Shown here piece after piece: positions 13,656-26,549 of a stretch of DNA of 64,000 nt; within the stretch, counting starts at the first letter, position 1; each line of letters begins with the position of its first letter. Under the pieces are notes generated by a model. That model was not told where the DNA came from. It did not search any database and was given only the letters and a program-made list of their open reading frames with translations. This DNA comes from Callorhinchus milii (taxonomy: Eukaryota). Both the position numbers and the translations under genes were made by a program. The stretch covers positions 98,024,001 through 98,088,000 of the forward strand of contig NW_024704743.1 in NCBI RefSeq assembly GCF_018977255.1. The letters are read 5' to 3'.

Positions 13656-14862
13656 AACTCCCCCTCCTTCTGTCTCCTCATCCTCCTGGATCCTTCTGCC
13701 ACGTTCAACACAGTCAACCTCATCACCCTCCTCCACCACCTCTCCTCCCTCATCCACCTTAGTGGGAATGCACTCGCATGGTTCGAGTCCTACTTAACCA
13801 ACCACCTCCACTTCATCTTGGCAAATGGTTTCTCCTCCCGCCTGGTCACCTGCGGCGTACCCTAGGGCTCCATCCTTGGCCTCTTCTTTTCCTTATCTAT
13901 ATGCTCCCTCTGTGTGATGTCATCCGCAGTCACAGAGTTAACTTCCACTTGTATGTGGATAACTCACAAATCTAATTTATACCAACTTCAGGACCAACTC
14001 CAGGTCTGCCAATGTTCTATCAGCTTGTCTGGCAGACTTCAGGGCCTGGATGAGTGCAAACTTCTGCAGATGAATTGGACAAGACGAAAGCCATACTCCT
14101 GGTTTCCCGTCAACGGCTTCACTTCTGTGGATCTGAACTCCTCAACCTCCCTGGGCTCTCCCTCAGACTCACCAAACCAGTGCCCAATCTAGGCATCTAG
14201 TTCGACCCCCAGCTGTCCTTCCTCCCCCACATCCAGTTCCTGACCAGGACCGCCTTTTTCCATCTCCACCACATTGCCCACCTCCGACCATACCTTACTC
14301 CAAATGCAGCCGAAACCCTCGTGCATGAGCTTGTCACCTCCCACCTGGATTACTCCAACACACTCCTTGCCTGGCTCCCCAGCTCCACCAATCACAAGAT
14401 CCAGCTCATTCAGAACTCTGCTGCCCACATACTGACCTGGACCAAACTCCGTACCCACATCTCACCAGTTCTGGTCAGGCTCCACTGGCTCCCCACCACC
14501 GAACAGATCTACTTCAAGATCTTCACATTTGTGTTCAAATCCCTTCACTCTCTGGCACCTCTCTACCTCTCCGACCTCCTCACTCCCCAATCCACCATCC
14601 GGTGCCTCTACTCGACTGGCACCGGCCTCCTGCTCGTCCCTTGCACCCTCCACCCCACCATCGGAGGTCACGCTTTCAGCCACTACGCTCCCTCAATCCT
14701 TGCGCCTTGCCCCCATCTCCCTTTTCAAGTCCCGCCTGAAAACCTTCCTCTTCAACCGTCCTTACAGCCACCTACCCCCACCGCTGGCTCAGAGTCAAGC
14801 TCCTCCACTGTTAAGCACTCTGAGACGCTACCCTGCACTATATGCATGCAAGTTATTGTTAT
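13656..14862 (+). mobile_element. L2-clade LINE, 5'-truncated RT and 3' end, frameshifted
   Basis: RT fragments [45 protein letters not shown]; ends in a GTT/ATT tail. Confidence 0.9.
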
Positions 14863-15110
14863 TGTTTACCTAGAAGTAAGTTAGTCGATTGGCAGATCAC
14901 TTTTCTGGGGGTAATAAACCCTTCAAAAAATAATCGGTCACTCAATCCAAGGCTGTTTGTGGGACACTGCTGTGCGCAATTGACTGCCCCGTTTCCCCCA
15001 CAAAATATTCCATCAATTCATTTTACAATATATTCTGTGAAGCGCTTTGAGACGTCTCGAAGACGTGATAAGGTGCTATATCAATTGCAGGGATTATTAT
15101 TATTATTATT
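14863..15110 (+). mobile_element. tRNA-SINE 3' half
   Basis: TGTTTACCTAGAAGTAAG...GTTTGTGGGACACTGCTGTGCGC...(ATT)n; collinear with the copy at 40890-41172. Confidence 0.82.
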
Positions 15111-16489
15111 ATGTAGTAATAATCCTGTACTTGATTTAGCTATTTATCATGCCAACAAAACGTTTCAGAGTGCCTCACATGATTTTTACTGCAAAGTATA
15201 GTGACCATGTCTTTTTTTAAAAAAATAAGGGAATTGAGTATTAGCAAGGGTGACCCTTATCAGATCATTGAAACATGAAAATATTGAACACTCCAATGCA
15301 GAATGATCAAGTCTGCACCGGCTCACAGAGCAGACACTTCACAGGATTTCACTATGAAGTGTAGTGATTATATATTTGTGGGCAGAACTACAGAATTATA
15401 TAAACAAGGAATTAACAAGTTTCACACACTATGTATCTGAACACTGGAGTTATAGCATGCATCATTCTGACAATAATATAGTTGTTATAAAGTGGTAATT
15501 TCCACTAATCCAATAATCTTTGAACAGTAGAAAAATTACCACACATAGCAGATCTTCCAGACTGAAGAAAGGATATAATTATTCACATAAAATTAAATGG
15601 CAACACTCAAAACAACAACACTTCTGGGCACCTTATATAGTATCATAGAATCAGTATGATTACTGTAGCCAAGCAATTATTGTTGTAAAACAGCTTCAGT
15701 CTCAAAAGCATCTGTTATCAAACTAACACTTCTCTCTCAGCTTACAATGAGATCACTATCAAAACGTTCGGGAAAAATCTTTCTCAAGTGTTTGTCATTG
15801 GTGCCATGTTGAGCTATCAACATTTCCCCTCTGCAGATATTACTGTCCCTGAGTAGTGAATCAAAAGGATCGGATTAAACAATCCCCAGTGTCGGTATTT
15901 CCAAGTTTTCATTGATAATTGCATAAGAAAACGATTACAGATAAAGACAGCAATTTAGTATTGTAATTTACACGCAATTAGCTTTCAGATAAATGTCCAT
16001 GCTGCTTCAAAAATATAGTGCTATACATTCTGGCTCCTGTTGCAGTGCTATTTACAAAGGTTAACGGGTCGAGCTACAAGTGGACTGTTTCATTACTATA
16101 ACTTCTATATCAAGGTTCCAGAGGCATGGACTACATCACTTAAGGCACTGGCAGGCTGGAGGTACTCCACATTTAATTTGGAAGGTCTTCAAAGTGGGCG
16201 GAGTGAAAGCACAGACACTTTGTTCACGGTGAGTTTTAAAGAGCTGGGTAGCCCCTCAGCCAATGGGCTTTATGTTCTAAAATCAAACAAAGATGTTGGA
16301 AATTTATCTCACCATGTTGACTTGGTAGTCTGGTAGTCATACATTACTTGTAAAGTGGTCTGGACTGTCATCAGGTAAAAAAAAAAATCACACTAAAATG
16401 TTAGCAAATGAAAACTGCACTTTTTGTGTTGGTCTTTGGCAGGGTCAAAATCTGACAGCAGCAGCCTACCATGAGCCATTCTCAGAACT

Positions 16490-16740
16490 TGGGGGATTGT
16501 TGGCGATGACACCAGGAGGAACTCCCTTTTCTTTGGAAAAAGCAGCGTGAAATCTTTTTTTAAAATATCTCATCTGAAGGATGGCACTTCCAACAACATA
16601 GCACATCACTGCATTCCACTGGAATGTCAAACTAGACTATGTGAGCTCGAAGTGCTAACATGCAGTAATTCCCCTCTACAACACCTGTATTGGATGTCAG
16701 ACGAGAGAGTGCTACTACCTGAACCAGGCTGGCTGACACC
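16490..16740 (-). mobile_element. Deu-domain SINE, degraded 5' part
   Basis: Reverse complement of the head (GTGTCAGCCAGCCTGGTTCAGG) and of the TCTCATCTGAAGGATGGCAC core. Confidence 0.6.
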
Positions 16741-18131
16741 TTAAATAGCTAAGGTAGCTTAATGTTTTGCTTATGTCCCTTCCATGGAACTGTGTTCAAA
16801 AGAAGGTGCACACTTGTAATATCAACTTGCCTTTCTGTACATTTACAGTATTTTCTGGTTTGATTTCAATGGTTTAACACGTATTTACCAAGAAACAAAT
16901 AGCATATAAGGTATGTTTAAAAGCAATAACACTGGGGTCAAAATCTAATGTTTCTAAACATATTCAATGTGATAATTACTATACTGAATCTGGTAAGAAC
17001 ACTATAACTTTCACCACCAAGAACTGGCACTAACAATTCATATAAGAAATACCAAATGAATAGTTTCACATAAAATTTATGTTAACAAATCTGATCAAGT
17101 TTCCGATCTAACTTCTCCCAACCTCCCCCACCCCCAGTCCTGTAAGCTTTATTCTATTCCTGCTTCATACTATTGAAAGGCAAAGTTGAACAAATAGACT
17201 TGAGGATGTGGCTCAGTTATTAACTGAAGCCACCTGTGGAAAGCACAGGTTAAACTTAGCATTAAGGGACTGTAACCAATCAAAAGTGCAGTACTGAGCC
17301 TGTTCCTAAATGGTCTCTGTAAATAGTGGACAACAGGTGAAGGTCAAAAGTTACAAATAACACTTTCCCATTGTACAGTTACAGTATAACTTGGTGGTGA
17401 GCTTTATGTTGCTGATAAATGGTCCAGCTGCTAGCATATTGTCCAGAAGATTCCTCTATGCCACCAGCACACAGTAAACATGGGAGGACACGATAAATAA
17501 ATCAGTCTTGAAATTGGTATAAAGTACAGCATAAAGGTTAGAAAGTAGTATGATAAAGATTAATTATTGAACCAAAAAATATTTGACTTGTCTAAGATTT
17601 CTCTTGCAAGGAATTCACGTTAACTGCTCTACACATTTGTAAATGGCTCTGAATTACTTTAGATGGTTTACTGACCCCTCCCAAGTAGGTGTTCTTCATT
17701 TATGAACCTAGACACCAAGTGTCATCAGATCTTCTGACCATGTGGGAGAGGGAAGGCCTAGTCCTGCCATTACCCAACATCCGCATTTTTTAGTACAAGT
17801 GATGATCTCTGTGTATTGAAATCATTGATATGTAAAAATATATATTTCAGAAGATCACAGATGAATACAAGTAATAATGCAAATTGAAAATATGAGAAAA
17901 GTATAACTATCTAGATATATTTCCAAAGTTAATTATGAAACCAGCTATTTCATAAGCTGTAAATTAATGAAACAGCATCTTCACAAGGATAGTTTGGCAT
18001 TACATTTTCGACGCATAAGCAAACTAAAATCCACTTGCCAATCATTCTGTTATGAAGATGTACCAATTTCACACAATGGAGCTTTCAGAGCGCTCCATGA
18101 ATGTGCTATTGCTTCAGTATTGATTACAGCT

Positions 18132-18675
18132 AGAATACAATAAAAATTACATTTATATAGCGCCTTTCACGTCGGGAGGACATCCCAAGGCGCTGGATAG
18201 TCAGAGATTTGGAACTGAGCTGGGGGTCGGGATCAGGGAGGGTGGCCGAAGGCTCGGTCGAACAGGAGTTTTGAGACACTCCTTTGAAGGAGGCAAGGGA
18301 GGGAGCGAGGCGAAGGGAATGTGGGATAGAGTTCCATAGGTTGTAGTCAGGTTGATAAGGGGTTAGCAGGTCACAGAGGCCGAGAATTGTAAACTCTATC
18401 CTCTGAGGGTTAGGGAGCCAGTAGAGACGAGCGAGAGTGGAGGTGATGGGGTCACGGAGCCTGGTGCGGGAGAGGACACAAGCTGCAGAGTTCTGGATGA
18501 TCTGCAGCTTGTGGAGGGAAGAGTTGGGAAGGCCAACAAGCAGGGAGTTGGTGTACTCGAGCCTAGATGTGATGAATGAGGGTTTCGGTGGCCTGAAGGG
18601 TGAGGCAGTGGCGGTGCTAGACAATGTTGCAGAGGTGGGGGAAGGCAGAGCAGGTCATGGCATGGATGTGGGATA
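18132..18675 (-). mobile_element. L2 LINE 3' fragment
   Basis: FITSRLEYTNSLLVGLP...LQIIQNSAA...LYWLP, and an L2 terminus CGTGAAAGGCGCTATATAAAT. Confidence 0.88.
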
Positions 18676-18682
18676 ATAAGTG

Positions 18683-19125
18683 CGTTAGTCTGGCTCAGTG
18701 GTAGCATTCCTGTCTCTGAGTCTGAAGGTTCGAGTTTCAAGCCCATTTCAGGACTTTGAATCATGAGTCTAAACTGATATTGCAGTGCAGTCCTGGGGGC
18801 GGTGGGTAGGTTGCATTGTTGGAGCTGCCATCCTTCAGATGAAGCAGTAAACTGAAATCCCTTTCTGCTTGTTCAGGCAGACGTTAAAGATCCCACAGCA
18901 CTATTTGAAAAGAGGAGTTTCTCCAGGTGTCCTGGTCAACAATCCCCCAATAAAATTGGGTCACTCACTCCATGGCTGCTTGAGTCATTGCTATGTGCAA
19001 AAAAATCTACTGCATCTTACCTACAAAACACACAGTCAAACCACTTTACAGTAAATCCTGTGAAGCACTTTGAGGCATCTCAACAGCGTGATAAGATGCA
19101 ATATCAAATGCAAGGCTCATTATAC
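18683..19125 (+). mobile_element. Deu-domain SINE, near full length
   Basis: TGGCTCAGTGGTAGC / GGTTCGAG head, AAAGATCCCACAGCACTATTT core, and ATATCAAATGCAAGG tail. Confidence 0.8.
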
Positions 19126-19589
19126 AATATAAAGTGATGTAAATCTAGCCGACACCAGCAAAATTATCATAAGGCAGATTTGCCCATTTGATGGGGATTT
19201 GCGCCACACTTACATACTTCTGGGAAGTATGAGCCGCAGGTTGGCAAGTGCACAGGTTGGGGACCCCAGAGTGCATGTTGGGGTATAAGGTCCTGGAGTC
19301 TAAACCCCCATTGCTCGCCATTGATAATTGCTGTCCGGCAAACTTTCCCGCCGCTCGTCCGGCTGCGGCCACCCGACCCTTTAAAGGACTTGCAGAGTTA
19401 TTGGCAGCTGAGTGGGAGGACTCACTGCCCCCAGTGACTGGTCTGCCCTTCCAGGACCAGCTGATGGGTCAGGTTGTCTGTGCTGTCCTCCTCAGCAGTG
19501 CCCTGGAATACACACTGCACAGACAGACGGTGACTGACTGACTGACTGACTGTCACTGGGGTCTGGGTTTCTCTGGTCACTGAAACCCT

Positions 19590-20360
19590 ATGGCTGATCG
19601 CGCAACGTCTTACGTTCTTCCCGACGTAGCTTTGTGACGTCGGTAGCGGCCCTACCCCCTCTTCCCGCGTGCTTCACGTTCTCCACTGCAGCGGATTGTG
19701 ACGTCGTTAGGTTGCTCCGCCCCTCCCCGCTCCCAGCCCCGCCCCCCGCCCCGCCCCTCCGGAGCGGCCGTTGACTGTCCCGCAAAGCCTCGGCACTGGC
19801 TGCCGTCAGCCGTGCTTCACGTTCTCCGTACGTCCGATTGTGACGTCGCTTATATGCGTGTGACGCACGCTTCCGCGTTGCGCGGACGCTGAGGATGGAA
19901 AGAGGGCGGCGAGCGGCCGGGCCCGCGGCGGGTGGCGGCCACAGCTGACTCCCGGGGGCAGCACTCAACTCACACCGGCAGCAGCCAGGCTCACACACAG
20001 CCAGGCCAGGCCAGGCCTCACAGCCAGGCCGCCGCCCGCCCGCCCGGTGTCACCTCCCTCTCCAAGCAACACAACTTTGTGCGGCGGCGGCCCTGGCCTC
20101 GGGATGTCGTCGCCCTGGGGGTCGATGGGGAGTCACCTGCGGGGGGTCCTGGACGTGGCCCTGCGGGTCCCCGCCATCTTCGTCATCGATGCCATCTTGA
20201 ACTCCTACTACAACGGGGACGCCACCGTGGTCCTGGTGGCCCGGCAGATCTCGCAGCGGTTACTGGGTGAGTGAGTGAGTCAGTGAGTGTCTGACGGGCA
20301 AAGCCACGGCCCTGAGCCGCTGCCATTGCCTGCGGCCTGGGGAGCCGAGCTGCGGGGGGG
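19590..20360 (+). promoter_or_regulatory. CpG-island promoter and 5' region of RNF139
   Basis: Abrupt GC/CpG enrichment, GC boxes (CCCGCCCC near 19745), and three TGACGTC CRE-like sites at 19635, 19699 and 19841. Confidence 0.85.
20104..20266 (+). CDS. RNF139: RNF139/TRC8 E3 ubiquitin ligase, coding exon 1
   Basis: ATG at 20104; MSSPWGSMGSHLRGVLDVALRVPAIFVIDAILNSY; phase-1 GTGAGT donor at 20267, in frame with exon 2. Confidence 0.9.
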
Positions 20361-23300
20361 GGGTTGAGGTGCTGATGGAGGGGGAGCTTGTTGAGTCAGG
20401 TGCAGTTTTTATTTTGATGGGGGTAACCCTGTCGAGTCAGGTGCAGGTGTGACAGGGAGATGTGACCCCTGTTAGAATGGCACAATTCTATGAGGGTAAA
20501 AGAGCAGCTGAAGGAAAGCACTCATTCATTTAAAAATACAAATAATTCTTGCATTTAATGTAGTGCTGTGTATGATATCGCGCTGTCTCAAAGCTGCTTT
20601 GTGGCATATACCGTAGAGTGGATTGGCTATTTTGGTGTGTGAAGATTAAGAGTATCCGACCCAAACTGAGATTTCCAGGGCGTCCCACCTACACATCGAA
20701 ATTCCAGAGGTAGATTGTTGGAAAGGAATGCGCACTCACTCCCTGGAGGGACGCATCCTGGTTACCTAATTCCAGAAAGCATTAGGCGCAGGTTGGCAAG
20801 AGCCAAGGTTTGGGGGTCCCAGAGTGTGCGTTGGGGTTACGGCTGCACACGGACCAGCTTAAAAAAATTAAAGATTTAAAAACATTTTTTTAATTTAGAT
20901 TTCTGAATTCAGTGATGTTGGAAAAGGCAAAGAGTGTTTGGATTGGTGTAATTCTACAGGAGATTAGTACTGATGAACTAATTAGGGCAAGATAGTATGT
21001 GGCATTTTCATTCTATAATAACTATGGATGCATATTGAGGAACAATGTTTTTCTATCTTGTATTAACAAACATCTCCTTTCTCTTGCCCTTCCCCTTTTT
21101 AATATTCTCTCCATCCACATTTATTCCTAAATTTCAAATTCTTTTCGTGCTTGACTCATTTATGGGATGTGCCTGGTATAGGTTTGTTGGTGCATTTACC
21201 TTTAAAAGAGTCAGTTAATAATGAATCTCAATTTTATGTTATAAAGTACTTCAGATTTTTTAATAATGAAGTTCAAGTTGATGCAACTGCAGTTTGAAGA
21301 CCAGAGCATAAAAAGACAGAGTTGAGAAAAGATCATTTGACCCACTGTAGCTTCTCTATTGAGTACATTAACTCTCCCAGCAAGGTATCAAATTGCATAT
21401 TCAATAATAATAACACTACATGTTTGCTTCTTGGTAGAGTTTCGTATTACTTTGCTTGATAATGAATCCCAACCATTTGTCGTTCTTTTGATAAAGTTTA
21501 ACTCTGTTCACAAATCTGAAATGTTTGTGTCCAAATTTCTTAGAACTAATAGATCAGTTTACAACATTGAATGTTTTATACACTTCTAAGAGGTTCTTTC
21601 TTTCTCCGCACCTTCTTTCCAAACTGTGCAGCTTATTTTTCTAGTCTTTATAGTTAAACCCTTTTATAAGTTGAAACAGTTATTTTGTATATGTTTTTGT
21701 ATATGTTTTCCCAATGCATTTGACTTCAAATTTTCACTGCTAACTCATGCTTGGTGGTTGGGTGGGGGGGTTAGTTCCACAGAAACTGGCAACCCTCCAA
21801 TAATTCGCTCTTTACATTTGACCCTCAGAAGTAAGTATCAATTTCTGACTGGAGAGCACCACAGCTGAGCACAGCCCTGATCTCTCTGCCTCACCCCTAC
21901 ATACACTTTCTAGCAGGATGCACCAGATAGATAGTATTTAGGGCTAGGAAACCTGGCTGATTCCTCTGCCTCGCCCTATCTAGGGTGTAAATAATAATCT
22001 TTGCATTTGATATAGCACCTAATTCCAATGTGGCTCCCCAACAGCTAACCTTGGTAGAGTTTCACTTTCTGTGCTTAGAACAACAATTTTAAGTTTGTGT
22101 TGCTTAATGCTGCACCAGGTGTTGCCTTCGCTCCTAATGCCATGGGGTGAGGAGCTGGGAGTTTCCTTATGCATCTCTTTGACATGTTGACTCAAACTCA
22201 ACATGGTATTCCAGGCACGGTCTGAACAATGGATTGTACTGCTGTGCCTTGCCTCGACATTCTCGCATTTTATTTAGTCTTAAAATTGCTTCTCATGTTA
22301 TCTGAAACTTGACAGTGATGCGTTTACAATTACTTCATGTTTTCTTAAGTTTTGCCAGCTTTAATTTTAAATCCATTCACTGTGTTCTTTATCCTTTAGA
22401 AATATGGTTTTATTGAGTGTTGTAATGTTCACCTATAAATACAGTGACAGCATTAAAATCCTCTGAAGTTCTTTGAGACGTTTCAATAACATAAGGCACT
22501 TATATCAAATGCAAGGTTTATTACATGCAAATGTAAACCTATGAACAAATTATACCTGTAGAGAGGGAGAGAGTAGATAACATCTAAGTTTCACTTCATT
22601 CTTATTGAGAAGTTTATTCTTAATCGTCTGATTTTGTAAATGCGAATGGCTTGGATGAGACATGTGCAAACACACCTGTGTAAAGCTGTTGGTTGTCTAA
22701 CTTGTTGTGAATCAGCTGTAGAGCTGATTCTTCAAAAAAAAATCATAATTTGCCAGGATACGAAATAATATCAACATACTGCAAACTGCAAGAGACACTT
22801 TAATGCACAGAAGGCCAGGTAATGCACAATGGCATCTAACATTGCAATTACTAAAATGGACTCCTTCCAGTAAGTACGTTACCAACTATGGGATATAGTA
22901 CATAGGTAGTTCGGGACATATGTGCATGCGACCGCCAGGAAGGTGGAAGGTGAACTAGATGGACCTTGGTCTTTTTTTTCATCTAGCATTTCTTATGTTA
23001 TGTAACTCTGCTGTAAAAGTAGATTGCCTTGGTATGAATATTTGTGGGTCAGTATAATGTTCTTTTGGTTCCAGAAAGATTTGTGGCTCTGAGTCATATC
23101 AGTCCTTTCCCAGTCAGGTCAATAGATATAAATTTTAATTTGAATATTTGTAGCGATTGAAAACAAAGTACATTTTGAATTGAGCAGTTTAACATTTTTT
23201 ATTAACATTTAAAGAAATTAGTGGGAGTGTTGTGTTACAAGTCTGTGTAGTGCTTTGGAAAAAACTCTGACTTCCCTGCAGCTTGTCCAATTTGATTTTT

Positions 23301-24198
23301 TTTGTTTGAAAAGGATCAATATGAGGTTTGACAAGTAACGAAGGAGTGGGAAGATATTGGGGGTGGGTCACAATCCCATTTTGGGTTAGTCATGCAGAAC
23401 AGTTGCTGAAGTCAGCAATTCAACAGGTTTGACCACCATTTTAGCTATGCAGACTATTTGGAGGCATTTTCACATTTTCTGCATCTGGCTTGGTTATCTT
23501 CCTACATGCAGTGAAGCAAAGTATTTAATAGATTAACGTAGCATTGGGCTTGTTGGGTCTGACAGGTGTTTTCCTACTCTTGAACATGTGTTTGTTCTTT
23601 GGGGAGTTATCCATGTCAGGCAAAAAAATAGTAATACTGTTTTAAACACTGGCAGAGTTTCTGAATTGTGTATTTAAGAAAACTAGAGTTTGGTAAATAA
23701 AAGTTGCACATGAACATGGTGGTGCTGTTCAATGTTGATGTTTCACTTTTTACTATTGTGCAATACAGAAAGCTGCTGTTGATAATAGAGACTGAGTAGA
23801 ATGTTTTGGGTGATTACCAATATTGAATAATCATGTTTGTTGTATCCTTTCCTTTTCAGCATTACAAATTTGTTTACCACGCAGGTCAAAAGATATACAT
23901 TTTAATTTGAACTTTTATAGTGAGAACTTTTGACGACAAAGTGCATTTTGAAGTTGAACCTTTTTACTTTATTAACTTTTTAAACATATCAGTGGAAGTG
24001 TTGTAAGGCTGCACCTCTGACAATATTTGGTCTCTCAACCAGGGCTGTAAGGAATATAGGTTTTCATTAAAAGCTCAGGTACAATTAGCTGTTGCTTTTG
24101 CTATTAGGTGAGTACTGCTGAGACCCTGACATGGATCAATAGCCAATTGCATGGATTGGGGTCACTTCACTATTACATCAACATGCAGCGAAGACTAT

Positions 24199-24496
24199 GG
24201 AGTCCTGTAGCTCAGTGGTTAGAGCACTTTGCAAGTGAGAGACCTGGGTTCAATTCCAGGCAGGGCGAAACCTTGGGCAAGTTTCCTTACTCCACACACC
24301 TAAAAAANTCCCTCCAAAACAAAAAACAATAATAAATTGGTCATTTTCAATCCATGACTGTTTGTGGGACATTGCTGCCGCGTTCACCCAAAAATATACA
24401 GTCAATTCACTTTACAGTATATTCTGTGAAGCGCTTTGGGACGTCTAGAAGATGTGAAAAGCGCTATATCAAATGCAAGGATTATTATTATTATTA
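24199..24496 (+). mobile_element. tRNA-derived SINE, same family as 7418-7752
   Basis: Near-identical head and (ATT)n tail; contains the single N at 24308. Confidence 0.9.
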
Positions 24497-26284
24497 CTAC
24501 AATTTTCGCTAACTCTCTTTAGATTTCACAAGCAGAAGAGCACTTAGCAATTCCATCTGTTTTCTCATTCTGCCCTAAGTTTCAAGTAACTGATGTAGGT
24601 TGAAATATTGTGGTTCTGGCCAATAGGAGATGAAAATTAAATCTTGTAAATCTAGTTCAGGCAGCGTCAAAGTGGTTACTGAAGAACATGAAATGCATTA
24701 AATGTTGGATTACAGGTGGAAAGGAATATACTTTCCATTCTGTTCTGAAGGTATCAGCAGCGTGTTAATGTTGGTACTGGTAGTTTTGCATTTACTGATT
24801 AGACTGGAATATTTCAAGCAAACAATTTATCAAAGAAAAAATTTGCCCTGTCTTCGATCTCATAGCAATATTGAAATAGTTGAGGATTAGTGAGTCATTA
24901 CTGCAATATGTGTTCATTGTGAATGTAATTGAGGCCAAGTTAAGTTCAGTTGTTTTACTTTATACAAGGGCACTGTTTAATAAATGTAAGATAAAAGTTC
25001 AAATCTCAGGTAATTGTGGGTTGAGGAACAGTCAAATCCCACACTTTAAAATGCCTTATTAATGGCAAGTAAAGAACATAAAAGCAAATAGATTAGAGAA
25101 AATAGTTTCAATGTGCTATTTGCTTCAGCAGCTTCACAGAGTATCAAAGCACTCTCTGACATATCGCTGTGCAACTCATTCTGAAAGCACATTTTCTTCA
25201 CTATTTTTATTAGCCTACATGCAGTTTGGAAAAGCGTTTTTTTGTGCAATACCTGAAACTCACAGAGACGGGATATTTTCCTGGAGCAAATTTCATACCT
25301 GGTTCTTCTGACAAGTAGGTGGACAGTTCACCTGTTACTCGACTTCTGTCAGTGACCCTTTTAGGATGCTAGAAATTGTGGGGAGGAAATGGTATACTTC
25401 TTAAAAAAAAATAGAAATTCAGCTTTTGAAGACTTACTTTCCCTAATAGTAATGCCAGCCTTGGGAATTAAGCACACAATCTCATGCCCACTAATTGTGA
25501 CATGGGCTGTGGGAGGGTCAATGCCACATCTTGATCATTCGCTTATTGTGGGCTTTCACTTGAGCAAATCATTGGTAAAATACAGTTTTTGTAGCACATT
25601 AAGGAAGTAGGTGAATGCTACAACAATTTCCTCTAAGAGATGATAAAGTAGGAGTTAGATTCATTTCCCTTAGTCCTTTGAGACCTTATTTGTGATTTCT
25701 CTGAAGGGCACAACGGATCAGGCATCTCACTTTAGTGCAGAGATGGTCATTAACAGGAAGTATATCCTAACATCAAGCTGAAGAGCACAATCACTGGACT
25801 GTTAGAAAGAATTTAGTGACCCAAATAAAGTACACAGCTTCAACATCAAGGGGTGTTAGATGATTTGTTGCTTGCTATTTCAAAACAGTGTAAAGCAGCA
25901 ATAAATAAGGCAACCAGGATGCTGGGTTATGAGTCTTTTGAGTTTAGGTCACCAGACGTTACTAGACGCCTGGTTTACTATGCAGTCAGAATACTCTAAC
26001 TGCAACCAAACCAATGATTTGTGCTGGTTTAGTATTGACTCTTTGTTTTTCTATTCGTTGCCCCTATATATAAAACCTGGGACCCATTACTGTTTTTTTT
26101 TATATAGCTTTGTCAGTTTGCCCTCGTAATTTTTAAGAATTTATTCATGCAAGCTTCTGGGCTTCTCAACTCTTTCACTTTTAAGGTTTCACTATACATT
26201 TCCCCTTTTTATTCTTCTTCCCAATGTGTATCAAGTCACACTTTCATGTCCCACCTATATTCCCCAATCTACTAACATGTCTAC

Positions 26285-26549
26285 TACAACAACAATAAAA
26301 TTACATTTGTAAAGCGCCTTTCATGTCGAGAGGATATCCCGAAGCGCTGAACAATCTGGGATCAGAACCCAAGCATGGGAGGGCGCGGGGGGGTGATGGA
26401 GGACAAAGAGGTAGAAGGCGGCTGAAGGTCAAAAAGGAGGGTCTTGAGTTGTGCCTTGAAGGAAGCACGAGAAGGAGCAAGGTGAAGAGATTTTGGGATG
26501 GAGTTCCAAAGGGTGGGGGTAGAGAGGCTGAAAGCCCAGCTGCTGATGG
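26285..26549 (-). mobile_element. L2 LINE 3' end, first part of a split minus-strand element
   Basis: LWNSIPKSL...SFKAQLKTLLF and an L2 terminus with (TTG)n. Confidence 0.8.

Noticed and set aside
16040..16336. 98-aa ORF between ADCY8 and RNF139
   Set aside because: It has a non-ATG start, no recognisable homology, and no convincing splice context.
19588..20270. GC-rich ORFs of 64-136 aa on both strands at the RNF139 promoter
   Set aside because: Stop-poor frames are expected in a CpG island; only the frame from ATG 20104 matches RNF139.
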